From assembly GCA_900299355.1 (NCBI GenBank), contig OMJR01000036.1, positions 1-41,095 on the forward strand: DNA of 41,095 nucleotides. The letters are read 5' to 3'. This DNA is from Anaerolineaceae bacterium. Lineage in GTDB: Bacteria > Chloroflexota > Anaerolineae > Anaerolineales > UBA11579. The notes under the pieces are model-generated. The model searched no databases. It was not told where the DNA came from and saw only the letters and a program-made list of their open reading frames with translations. Numbering within the stretch: the first letter of the stretch is position 1; the number at the start of each line of letters is the position of its first letter. The translations under genes and the position numbers were made by a program. Shown piece by piece: positions 17,744 through 26,427 of the stretch.

Positions 17744-18807
17744 TGCGCAAGCTGCTGCGTCGCTTGGTCGACTTTGCGCTGGGGCTGATTCCCTTGCCGC
17801 TTTACCGGCGGCTCTTTCCGCGTCCGGCGGTGGGCATCTTCTACCACTCGGTTAGCGATGAGCGCTTGCCGCACCAGGTGCATACCTATCCTTCCGAGTC
17901 AGTTGCGCGCTTTGAGGCCGCTCTGCGCTACATCCACCGACATTTCAACCCGGTCACTTACCAACAGTTGGAAGACCATTACGAGCGTGGGGCGCCGCTG
18001 CCGCCCAGGGCCTTCCACCTTTCCTTTGATGACGGCTTCGCCGAGTGTTTTAGCGTGGTGCGTCCGCTACTGCTGAAATACGAGATACCCTGCACCTTCT
18101 TCGTGACCACTGATTGGCTGGATGATGCGCGCATGTTTTACCGCCATAAGCAATCGCTGGCGGTGGAGCACTACCAACAGCTTGCGCCGCCGGAGCAGGC
18201 GGCCGCCTTGGCAGCCATTAACCTCGAATTTGGCTTGGACCTTAGGGATGGGGACGGATTTGCCGACTGGGCCGGCACGCTGACCCGCGCCGAGGATGAG
18301 CACATCACCTGCGCAGCCCAACTGATTGGGCTGGACCTGGATGCCTATCGGGCCAGCCGCGACTTGTATCTGACCCGCGAGCAAGTGAAACAAATGCACG
18401 CCGAAGGCTTCACCATCGGGGCGCACACCCGCAGCCATTGGAAGCTGGCTGAGTTGAGCTCGGCAGAGCAGCGGGCAGCCGAGGTGCTGGAATCGGCCCA
18501 GGCGGTGGCGGCGCTCACCGGGGAGGCGCGAGTGCCCTTCGCTTTCCCGTATTCGGGTAATGGGGTCGAGCGCGCGGAATTGGCCGCCCTGCGCCAGGCG
18601 CATCCGCAGCTGGGGCTTATCTTTGATACCCAGAAGCTGCAGCCGGATGCATCCTTTATCGTGCAGCGTATTTGGGCGGAACAGGTCACCTTTCGCGAGG
18701 CCGGTCGCACGACTAATGTTCCCGCCCTGCTGTGCGACGCCTACATCCAGGAGGCCTGGCGCGCCTTGCGCCGCTTTTGGACCGTGGGCGCCGGCACCCG
18801 AGATTAA
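17743..18807 (+). CDS. Polysaccharide deacetylase (NodB homology) family protein
   Basis: HLSFDDGF (motif 1) and GAHTRSH (motif 2). N-terminal hydrophobic segment. The ATG overlaps the upstream TGA (TGATG). Confidence 0.8.
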   Translation: MRKLLRRLVDFALGLIPLPLYRRLFPRPAVGIFYHSVSDERLPHQVHTYPSESVARFEAALRYIHRHFNPVTYQQLEDHYERGAPLPPRAFHLSFDDGFAECFSVVRPLLLKYEIPCTFFVTTDWLDDARMFYRHKQSLAVEHYQQLAPPEQAAALAAINLEFGLDLRDGDGFADWAGTLTRAEDEHITCAAQLIGLDLDAYRASRDLYLTREQVKQMHAEGFTIGAHTRSHWKLAELSSAEQRAAEVLESAQAVAALTGEARVPFAFPYSGNGVERAELAALRQAHPQLGLIFDTQKLQPDASFIVQRIWAEQVTFREAGRTTNVPALLCDAYIQEAWRALRRFWTVGAGTRD

Positions 18808-18896
18808 CGTTTTCCGCCGCAGCCACCACATATAGATATCACCTAAAGAACACCCCGACATACACAAGTGCAAGCCGTGCGGGTGGGGCGAATCGC

Positions 18897-18925
18897 TTGC
18901 AGGGTGGGGCGATCTGCAGTATACT
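18897..18925 (+). promoter_or_regulatory. Candidate dcw (Pmra-like) promoter
   Basis: TTGCAG (18897-18902), 17-nt spacer, TATACT (18920-18925), 84 nt upstream of the mraZ ATG. Confidence 0.6.
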
Positions 18926-18935
18926 GTGCCAACTT

Positions 18936-18960
18936 GTGGGTCAAAGTGGCTCAAAGTGGG
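18936..18960 (+). promoter_or_regulatory. Candidate MraZ operator: three GTGGs direct repeats at 10-bp spacing
   Basis: GTGGGtcaaaGTGGCtcaaaGTGGG, just downstream of the -10. Two more GGGTGGGGCGA copies lie at 18881 and 18902. Confidence 0.6.
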
Positions 18961-19008
18961 ACGTCGGTGCCAACCGGCGTTCTGTCGTTAACCGGCAAAG
19001 TAGAACGT

Positions 19009-19458
19009 ATGTTTTTAGGTCGCTACCAACACACCCTGGATGGGAAAGGCCGCCTGACGGTGCCGGCCCGCTATCGCCAGCTGCTGGCCGAGGGCGGTTA
19101 CATCCTGCAGGGCCTCGACCAGAACCTGATGGTCATGCGGGTGGACGCCTTCGAGGCGCTGGCCGCCCAGGTCAACCAGACCAACCTGACCGAGGACAAA
19201 GCCCGCGATCTGCGCCGCGTGTTCTTCTCTACCGCCGAATATTTTGAGCCCGACAAAAGCGGCCGCATCCTGGTGCCGCAGTCGCTGCGCAGCGAACACG
19301 GCCTGGAAGGCGAGCTGACCCTGATCGGCATGGGCAGCCACTTCGAGATTTGGCCGGCCGACTTGTGGCAAGCCAAGGAAAGCAAGATGCGCTCCAACGC
19401 GGGCAACGCCGGCTACTTTAGCGAGCACGACCTGCGCCCGACCTTTGACGGCAGCTGA
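19009..19458 (+). CDS. mraZ: Transcriptional regulator MraZ
   Basis: MFLGRYQHTLDGKGRLTVPARYR and a second SpoVT/AbrB-like repeat DKSGRILVPQSLR. The track start 18868 would cover the promoter. Confidence 0.93.
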   Translation: MFLGRYQHTLDGKGRLTVPARYRQLLAEGGYILQGLDQNLMVMRVDAFEALAAQVNQTNLTEDKARDLRRVFFSTAEYFEPDKSGRILVPQSLRSEHGLEGELTLIGMGSHFEIWPADLWQAKESKMRSNAGNAGYFSEHDLRPTFDGS

Positions 19459-20402
19459 TGAGCGCGGCGACAACGCCTCATCAACCGGTACTTTACCAAG
19501 AGAGCCTGGATGCCCTGCAGCCCCGTGACGGCGGCTGCTATGTGGACGGCACCGTGGGGGCGGGGGGCCACGCGGCCGGCATTCTGGCCGCCAGCGCGCC
19601 CTCGGGCCGCTTACTGGGCCTGGACGTGGACCCGCAAGCGCTAACTATCGCCGGGCAGCACCTGGCCGAGTTCGGCGCGCGGGCCACCCTGGTGCACGCC
19701 AGCTATGCCCATCTGGCCCAGCAATTGGCTGCTATCGGCTGGGACCAAGTGGACGGAATTCTGCTGGACCTGGGCGCCTCCTCGATGCAGTTCGAAAGCG
19801 CCGAGCGCGGCTTTGCCTTCAGCCTGGATGGCCCGCTGGACATGCGCATGGACCCCGGCCTGGCCCACAGCGCGGCCGACCTGGTCAACGAACTGTCCGA
19901 GCAGGATTTGGCCGAAATCATCCGCGAATACGGCGAAGAACCGCGGGCGCGTACGATTGCCCGCCGCATCATTCAGGAGCGGCCGATTGAGACCACCGCC
20001 GAATTGGCCGGGGTGGTGGCGCGGGCTTTGCGCGCGCGGCGCGGCGGCATCCATCCCGCTACGCGCACTTTCCAGGCGCTGCGCATCGCCGTGAATGGCG
20101 AGCTGGATAACCTGCGGGCTGTGCTGCCTCAGGCGATTGAGGCGCTGCAGCCGGGTGGGCGGCTGGCCGTGATTGCCTTCCACTCGCTGGAGGATCGGAT
20201 GGTCAAGCAGTATTTCCGGCGGGAAAGCCAGGATTGCATTTGTCCACCGGAGCAGCCGGTTTGCACCTGTGAGCACCGCGCTTCTATTAAGGAAGTAACC
20301 CGCAAGCCGTTGCGGCCATCGGCGGCCGAGGAAAGCGAAAACCCACGCGCGCGGTCGGCCCGATTGCGCGTGGCCGAAAAACTCTCATTCACCGAAAGGT
20401 GA
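19458..20402 (+). CDS. rsmH: 16S rRNA (cytosine1402-N4)-methyltransferase
   Basis: HQPVL, DGTVGAGGHA, LLDLGASSMQ and FHSLEDR motifs. TGATG overlap with mraZ. Confidence 0.95.
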   Translation: MSAATTPHQPVLYQESLDALQPRDGGCYVDGTVGAGGHAAGILAASAPSGRLLGLDVDPQALTIAGQHLAEFGARATLVHASYAHLAQQLAAIGWDQVDGILLDLGASSMQFESAERGFAFSLDGPLDMRMDPGLAHSAADLVNELSEQDLAEIIREYGEEPRARTIARRIIQERPIETTAELAGVVARALRARRGGIHPATRTFQALRIAVNGELDNLRAVLPQAIEALQPGGRLAVIAFHSLEDRMVKQYFRRESQDCICPPEQPVCTCEHRASIKEVTRKPLRPSAAEESENPRARSARLRVAEKLSFTER

Positions 20403-20450
20403 GGTGGCACAAGCATTGCACCCCCAGATGTAGGGGCTTGATGTGAAATT

Positions 20451-20906
20451 ATGAAAGCAACCCGCAACCTTATCCAAGCCTACCGCCAGGCGCCGTGGCG
20501 CCAGCAGGTGCAGTGGGCTGCCATGATTCTGGGCGCCATCTTTGCCGTGGCGCTGGTTGCGGCTATCTATTTGAATGTCACCGGGCGCGCGGCCACCATT
20601 GGCCGCATTGTGCAGGGGCTGCAGAACGACCGCGAAGACATGGAACAACGCATTGAAGACCTGCAGACCCAATTGGCCGACCTGACCTCGGTAGCCACCA
20701 TGCGCGACCGCGCCGAAGATTTGGGTTTCAAGCCGCTGGACCCTAGCCAGGTCACCTATGTCTTTGTGCCCGAATACCAGGGCCGCGCCACCGCCCAACT
20801 GGCCCCGCATTCCAGCCAGCTCTTTGACACCTCGCGCCGATTGCCGGCCGAATACACCACCTCGTTGTTTGAGTGGTTCGGCGGCCTCTTCGGGGGAGGG
20901 AACTAA
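20451..20906 (+). CDS. ftsL: FtsL-like cell-division protein
   Basis: The position between rsmH and the PBP gene is typical. Single TM (WAAMILGAIFAVALVAAIYL) followed by a coiled coil (REDMEQRIEDLQTQLADL). Confidence 0.6.
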   Translation: MKATRNLIQAYRQAPWRQQVQWAAMILGAIFAVALVAAIYLNVTGRAATIGRIVQGLQNDREDMEQRIEDLQTQLADLTSVATMRDRAEDLGFKPLDPSQVTYVFVPEYQGRATAQLAPHSSQLFDTSRRLPAEYTTSLFEWFGGLFGGGN

Positions 20907-20907
20907 G

Positions 20908-22671
20908 ATGCCGCGCGAACATCAATGGCGCTATGTCTCCGCCGCGGTGGCCCTGTGCCTCTTCGGCTTGCTAATTATCTGGCGCACCTTTAGCATCCAG
21001 AACAGCCCAGAAGCTGCCGTCTTCCTCAACCAGGCGGAGTTCTACAGCCGCCTCAACCGCACGATTTACCCGCCGCGCGGAGAAATCTACGACCGCAACG
21101 GCCGCCTGCTGGCCGGTAACCGCACCGTCTATGAGATTGGCGTGCAGCTGGACGAGGTCGACGACCCGCGCGAAGTTGCGATTGCGCTGAGTGCACTGAT
21201 TGGCGTGGACTTCAACACCACCCTGCAGATTGCCAGCCTGGAGCCGACCGAAGACGCGGTTTACGCCGTGTTGGCCGACTACGTACCCGCCGAAAAGATT
21301 GAATTGCTTAAAGCCTATGATGTCAGCCGCGAACCGGAAGACATGGAAGCCCTGGCCTGCTCCAACGACCCGGCGCTGGATTCGCTCTTCTGCTATCCGC
21401 ACCTGACGCGCAGCTATCCTGAGGACGATTTGGCCTCTACCATTTTGGGCTTCGTCAATCGCGAGGGTGTGGGCTACTTCGGTATCGAGCAGCAATATCA
21501 CGATTTGCTGGCCGGCCTGCCGGAAAGCATCTGGGTGCCCACCGACCCCAACCGGGTGCAGGAGTTGCCCGAGGTACCCACCGGCGCCAGCCTGGTACTG
21601 ACCATTGATCGTGAAATCCAGGGCGAGATGGAACGTATCCTGGATGAGAGCGTCGAGCGTTACGGCGCCGAAGGGGGTAGCATTGTGGTAATGGACCCCG
21701 CCACGGGCGAGGTGCTGGCCATGGCTTCCACCCCTCGATTGGACCTCAACGAATTCTGGCGCTATCCGGAAATCTTCCCGGATAATTTGCCCTTTAACCG
21801 CGCAGTCAGCGAAACCTATGAGCCCGGTTCAGTTTTTAAAATTATCACCATGGCTGCGGCGCTGAACGAGGGTGTAGTTACCCCCGAAACTGAATTCACC
21901 GATACCGGCTCGATTGAAATCGGCGGCATCGTGGTGCGCAACTGGAACGCCCAGGTCTGGGGCATCCAGGATATGCAGGGCTGTCTGCAGCACTCGTTGA
22001 ACGTCTGCCTGGTGTGGGTCGGGCAGCAATTGAAGCAGGACACCTTCTACGAATATGTGGATCGCTTCGGCTTTGGCTACGAGACCGGTATTGATTTGGC
22101 CGCCGAAGCGGATGGCAACCTGATTTTGCCGGGCGACTCGAACTACTACCTGTCGACCTTTGGCACCAACACCTTCGGCCAAGGCTTGGCGGTCACACCT
22201 ATTCAGATGGTCTCGGCTGTCTCGGCCTTGGTGAATGAGGGCCAGATGGTAGTGCCGCATTTGGTGCGCGCCATCGTACAGGACGGCGCCCAATACAACA
22301 TTTCGCCCCAGTTTGCCGGTGCCCCGATTAGCCGCGAGACCGCCGCCCAATTGAATGAAATGCTTGCCGTCTCACTGGAACAGGAAGCCTCGCTGGCGCT
22401 GGTGCCTGGCTACCGCGTGGCCGGCAAGACCGGCACGGCCCAGATCCCCGGCCCCAATGGCTACCTGCAGGACCAGACCAACACCTCCTTCGCGGGCTGG
22501 GGGCCGGTGGACGACGCCCGCTTCGTGGTCTACGTCTGGCTGGAGAAGCCCAGCGCATCCATCTGGGCTTCGGATGTGGCCGCCCCGGTGTTTGCCGCGG
22601 TGGTCGAGCGCCTGGTGGTGCTGATGGATATTCCCCCCGACGATATTCGCCTGGCTAATGCGGGTAATTGA
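20908..22671 (+). CDS. ftsI: Penicillin-binding protein (class B transpeptidase, FtsI-type)
   Basis: SVFK (SxxK), HSLN (SxN) and KTGTA motifs, with an N-terminal TM. ATG 20908 has a GGGGGAGGG SD and follows the ftsL stop. The track start 20758 overlaps ftsL. Confidence 0.9.
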   Translation: MPREHQWRYVSAAVALCLFGLLIIWRTFSIQNSPEAAVFLNQAEFYSRLNRTIYPPRGEIYDRNGRLLAGNRTVYEIGVQLDEVDDPREVAIALSALIGVDFNTTLQIASLEPTEDAVYAVLADYVPAEKIELLKAYDVSREPEDMEALACSNDPALDSLFCYPHLTRSYPEDDLASTILGFVNREGVGYFGIEQQYHDLLAGLPESIWVPTDPNRVQELPEVPTGASLVLTIDREIQGEMERILDESVERYGAEGGSIVVMDPATGEVLAMASTPRLDLNEFWRYPEIFPDNLPFNRAVSETYEPGSVFKIITMAAALNEGVVTPETEFTDTGSIEIGGIVVRNWNAQVWGIQDMQGCLQHSLNVCLVWVGQQLKQDTFYEYVDRFGFGYETGIDLAAEADGNLILPGDSNYYLSTFGTNTFGQGLAVTPIQMVSAVSALVNEGQMVVPHLVRAIVQDGAQYNISPQFAGAPISRETAAQLNEMLAVSLEQEASLALVPGYRVAGKTGTAQIPGPNGYLQDQTNTSFAGWGPVDDARFVVYVWLEKPSASIWASDVAAPVFAAVVERLVVLMDIPPDDIRLANAGN

Positions 22672-22673
22672 GG

Positions 22674-24077
22674 ATGTTGACTGTGGCTGATGTGATTGAA
22701 GCCCAAACGGGCCAGCGCCCGCCGGCCGCCGAAGCGATTGCCTTGGGCGGCGCAGTGCACGACTCGCGCGACGCTTACCCCGGCGCGCTCTTCGTCGCCT
22801 TGCCCGGCGAGCATGTCGACGGGCATGATTATGTGGCCGCGGCCTTTGAGGGCGGTTGTGCGGCGGCCCTGGTGGAGCGGCCATTGGATGGCCTCACCAA
22901 CCTCGATTTGCGCAGCGCCGAGGCCCCCGACGCCGCCATCCAGGCGCCGCTCTGCCTGGTGGTTGAGGACAGCCTGCAAGCCTTGCAGCAAGCGGCCCGC
23001 TTCTGGCGCGCCAAGCTGGATCTGTGCGTAGTAGGTATCACCGGCAGCGTGGGCAAGACCACCAGCAAGGAACTGATTGCCGATGTGCTCGGCCAGCAGT
23101 TCAATACCTTCAAGTCGCTGGGCAACTTCAACAACGAAATCGGTCTGCCGCTCTCAGTGCTGGCTATCAATGAAGAACACAAATATGCCGTGCTGGAAAT
23201 GGGCTTTTACGTGATTGGCGAAATCGCCTTTTTGGTCGATATCGCCCAGCCCCAATTGGGCCTGGTCACCAATATCGGCACCGTGCACGCTGAGCGCGCC
23301 GGCTCGCAGGAAGCCATCTTCGAGGGCAAGTCCGAGTTGGTGGCCGGGCTGCCCGCCGATGGCGTGGCCATCCTGAATTATGACGACCCGCGCGTAAAAG
23401 CTATGGCCGAACGCAGCCGGGCGCGTGTATTCACGTACGGCCTGGACCCGGCAGCCGACCTGTGGGCGGATGAGATTGAGGGTTTGGGTCTGGACGGCGT
23501 GCGCTTCACCCTGCATCACGGCGATGAACAACACCGGGTGGAGATGCCCATGATTGGCCGCCACTCGGTCTACACTGCGCTGGGCGCGGCGGCAGTCGGC
23601 CTGGTGGAAGGTATGTCTTGGGCGACCATCCTGGCGGGCTTGCGCGCCGGCCGCTCGGAGCTGCGCCTGGTGACGGCGCGCAGCGCATCCGGCGCGTTGC
23701 TGCTGGATGACACGTATAACGCTTCGCCCGAATCGACGCTAGCGGCCCTGGAACTGCTCTCCGATTTGGAGGGCCGTAAAGTCGCAGTGTTGGGTGACAT
23801 GCTGGAACTCGGCCAATACGAACGCGAAGGGCACGAGCGGGTCGGCGCCCTGGCCGCCGAAGTGGCGGATGTGCTCGTGACCGTCGGGCAACGCGCCCGC
23901 ATTATTGCCGAGACCGCGCGCAAGAATGGCTTGGACGTGGTGACCGAATGCGACAGCAGCGCGGCGGCCCTGGACTATTTGCGTGAAAACCTGAATGCCG
24001 ACGACGTGGTGCTGGTGAAAGGGTCGCGCGCCATGTATATGGAAAACATTGTGCCCGGATTGGAGGCAGCCCAGTGA
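22674..24077 (+). CDS. murF: UDP-MurNAc-tripeptide--D-alanyl-D-alanine ligase
   Basis: ITGSVGKTTSKE P-loop and GNFNNEIGLPLSVL, which I take as MurF-specific. TTG 22668 is an alternative start. Confidence 0.9.
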   Translation: MLTVADVIEAQTGQRPPAAEAIALGGAVHDSRDAYPGALFVALPGEHVDGHDYVAAAFEGGCAAALVERPLDGLTNLDLRSAEAPDAAIQAPLCLVVEDSLQALQQAARFWRAKLDLCVVGITGSVGKTTSKELIADVLGQQFNTFKSLGNFNNEIGLPLSVLAINEEHKYAVLEMGFYVIGEIAFLVDIAQPQLGLVTNIGTVHAERAGSQEAIFEGKSELVAGLPADGVAILNYDDPRVKAMAERSRARVFTYGLDPAADLWADEIEGLGLDGVRFTLHHGDEQHRVEMPMIGRHSVYTALGAAAVGLVEGMSWATILAGLRAGRSELRLVTARSASGALLLDDTYNASPESTLAALELLSDLEGRKVAVLGDMLELGQYEREGHERVGALAAEVADVLVTVGQRARIIAETARKNGLDVVTECDSSAAALDYLRENLNADDVVLVKGSRAMYMENIVPGLEAAQ

Positions 24078-25066
24078 CCGGTGGACCTGTAGCGCTTGTA
24101 TTGGCCGGCATCACCTTCATCATGACCGTGATTTGGGGCGGCCCCCTGATTCGCATCTTGCGCCGCCTGGGCGTGGGCGACAGCATCCGCGAAGAAGCCC
24201 CCGAGCGCCACATGAGCAAGGTTGGCACGCCCACCATGGGCGGCGTCATGTTCATCCTGCCGGTAGCGCTCATCACCATTCTGATTAACGCCGTGCCGCT
24301 GATTGGCCTCAGCGGGGTGGGGCGCTCGGTCCTGGTGCCGCTGGGCGCGGTGCTGGCTTTCGGTTTTATCGGCGCGATAGACGATTACCGCAAGCTGGTC
24401 CAGCGCGACATCGGCGAGGGGCTCAGCCCGCGCACTAAGTTCATGATTCAGCTGGTGCTGGCGGCGGTGCTGGCCTACGCCTTGCGCGACATGTTGCACG
24501 TCCCGGAGATGTACTTGCCCGGTTTCGCGGCCGAATTCAACCTGGGTTGGGCCTTCTACCCGGTAGCCATCTTCATTATTTTGGGCGCAGTCAACGCGGT
24601 GAACTTCACCGATGGCCTAGACGGTCTGGCCGGCCTGATTTCGGCCACCGCCTTCGCCACCTTTGGCGGCATCGCCGCCCTGCAAGGGCAGATTTTCCTG
24701 GCCCAATTCTGCTTCTCGCTGGTCGGCGCCGTCTTCGGCTTCTTGTGGTTCAACGTGCACCCCGCCGAACTCATCATGGGCGACACCGGCGCCAGCGCGC
24801 TGGGCGCGGCATTGGGCGTGACCGCCCTGATGACCGGCCATTGGATTTTGCTGCCGATTATCGCCATCATTCCGGTCAGCGAAGTGCTCAGTGTCATCCT
24901 GCAGGTGGGCTTCTTCAAACTGACCGGCGGGCGGCGCATCTTCAAGATGTCGCCTTTGCACCTGCATTTTGAACTCTCCGGCTGGAGTGAAACCCAAATC
25001 GTGCAGCGCTTCTGGCTGGTCAGCCTGCTCTTTGCTATGATTGGCGTGGCGCTGGCGGTATTGTGA
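24074..25066 (+). CDS. mraY: Phospho-N-acetylmuramoyl-pentapeptide transferase
   Basis: About 10 predicted TM segments, with GTPTMGG, NAVNFTDGLDGLA and GDTGASALG motifs. GTGA overlap with murF. Confidence 0.95.
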   Translation: MTGGPVALVLAGITFIMTVIWGGPLIRILRRLGVGDSIREEAPERHMSKVGTPTMGGVMFILPVALITILINAVPLIGLSGVGRSVLVPLGAVLAFGFIGAIDDYRKLVQRDIGEGLSPRTKFMIQLVLAAVLAYALRDMLHVPEMYLPGFAAEFNLGWAFYPVAIFIILGAVNAVNFTDGLDGLAGLISATAFATFGGIAALQGQIFLAQFCFSLVGAVFGFLWFNVHPAELIMGDTGASALGAALGVTALMTGHWILLPIIAIIPVSEVLSVILQVGFFKLTGGRRIFKMSPLHLHFELSGWSETQIVQRFWLVSLLFAMIGVALAVL

Positions 25067-26427
25067 ATGAAATGGATTGGAAGGGTAAGCGCGTGGTGAT
25101 TATCGGAGCGGCCCGCCAGGGATTGGCCCTGGCCGAATATGCAGCCGCCAAGGGCGCCCAGGTGGTGCTCAACGACGCGCGTTCCGCCGAGCAGCTGGCC
25201 GAAGCGCAGCAGCGCCTGGGGGCGCTGCCCGTGGAATGGGAATTGGGCGGCCACCCCAGCAGCCTGCTGCAAAAGACCGATTTCCTGGCGCCCTCCGGCG
25301 GCGTGCCCAGAGACTTGCCCTTGATTGTCGAGGCGCGCCGCAAGGGCATTGCTATCACCAATGATTCGCAACTCTTCCTGGAAGCCACGCCCGCCACAGT
25401 GATTGGCATTACCGGTTCATCCGGCAAGACCACCACCACCACGCTGGTGGGCCGCATGCTGCGCCACATGGAAGGCGCAACGGTGTGGATTGGCGGCAAC
25501 ATTGGCCATCCACTGATTAGCGACCTGGACCAGATGAAACCCGGCGACTTGGCCGTGATGGAACTCTCCAGCTTCCAGTTGGAATGGATGACCCGCTCGC
25601 CGCAGGTGGCGGTGCTGCTTAACCTGGCGCCCAATCATTTGGACCGCCACAAGACCATGGCCGAATACGGCGCTGCCAAAGCGCATATCTTTGATTTCCA
25701 AAGCGCGCACGACGTCGCCGTGGTGGGCCGCGAAGATCTGGGCGCCTGGTCGCTTGCCGGCCGAGCGCGCGGGCGGCTGTTGTCCTTCGGACAAAGCGAA
25801 TTGCCCGAGGGCCGCTATGGCACCTTCGTGCGCGGCCGCCAGATTTGGCTGCGCGACGAGGACAATGAATTGCCCTTGCTACCGATTTCGGCGATTGAAT
25901 TGCTGGGCGAGCACAACCTGCTCAACGTCCTCGCGGCCTGCGCCATCGCCAGCACGGTGGGCACCAGCCCCGAAGCGATGCAGGCCAGCGTGGAAGGCTT
26001 CCGCGGCGCGCCGCACCGCCTGGAGTGGGTGGCGACTGTGAACGGCGCCGATTGGTACAACGATTCGATTGCCACCTCGCCCCAGCGCGCTATGGCGGCC
26101 CTCAAAGCGTTTGAGAAACCGATTGTGCTGCTGCTGGGCGGCCGCGACAAAGGCCTGCCCTGGGCTGAGCTGGCCAAGGCAGCCAAAGGCCGCTGCCGCG
26201 GGGTAGTGCTCTTCGGTGAGGCGGCAGGGATGCTGCGACCGACCTTCAACCAGGCGGGTTTGGATACGGGGCAGGCCGAGGATTTGGCTGGGGCGGTGAA
26301 GGCGGCCGCGGGCCTGGCGCAGCCCGGCGACGTGGTGCTGCTCTCGCCCGGCGCCACCAGCTACGATCAATTCAAAGATTTCGAGGAACGCGGCCAGCGT
26401 TTCCGCGAACTGGTAGGTGAATTATGA
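25063..26427 (+). CDS. murD: UDP-MurNAc-L-alanine--D-glutamate ligase
   Basis: Rossmann VVIIGAARQG, GITGSSGKTTTT and NLAPNHLDRH. GTGA overlap with mraY. Confidence 0.93.
   Translation: MNEMDWKGKRVVIIGAARQGLALAEYAAAKGAQVVLNDARSAEQLAEAQQRLGALPVEWELGGHPSSLLQKTDFLAPSGGVPRDLPLIVEARRKGIAITNDSQLFLEATPATVIGITGSSGKTTTTTLVGRMLRHMEGATVWIGGNIGHPLISDLDQMKPGDLAVMELSSFQLEWMTRSPQVAVLLNLAPNHLDRHKTMAEYGAAKAHIFDFQSAHDVAVVGREDLGAWSLAGRARGRLLSFGQSELPEGRYGTFVRGRQIWLRDEDNELPLLPISAIELLGEHNLLNVLAACAIASTVGTSPEAMQASVEGFRGAPHRLEWVATVNGADWYNDSIATSPQRAMAALKAFEKPIVLLLGGRDKGLPWAELAKAAKGRCRGVVLFGEAAGMLRPTFNQAGLDTGQAEDLAGAVKAAAGLAQPGDVVLLSPGATSYDQFKDFEERGQRFRELVGEL

Noticed and set aside
20758-20907. 150-nt N-terminal extension of the PBP ORF in the track
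   Set aside because: It overlaps the FtsL-like gene out of frame and encodes a Pro/Arg/Ser-rich peptide. ATG 20908 has a strong SD and starts right after the ftsL stop.
22674-24077. Possibility that this Mur ligase is MurE, making murF the missing gene
   Set aside because: GNFNNEIGLPLSVL and the overall N-terminal pattern are MurF-like. This rests on motif memory, not alignment, so it remains a checkable point.
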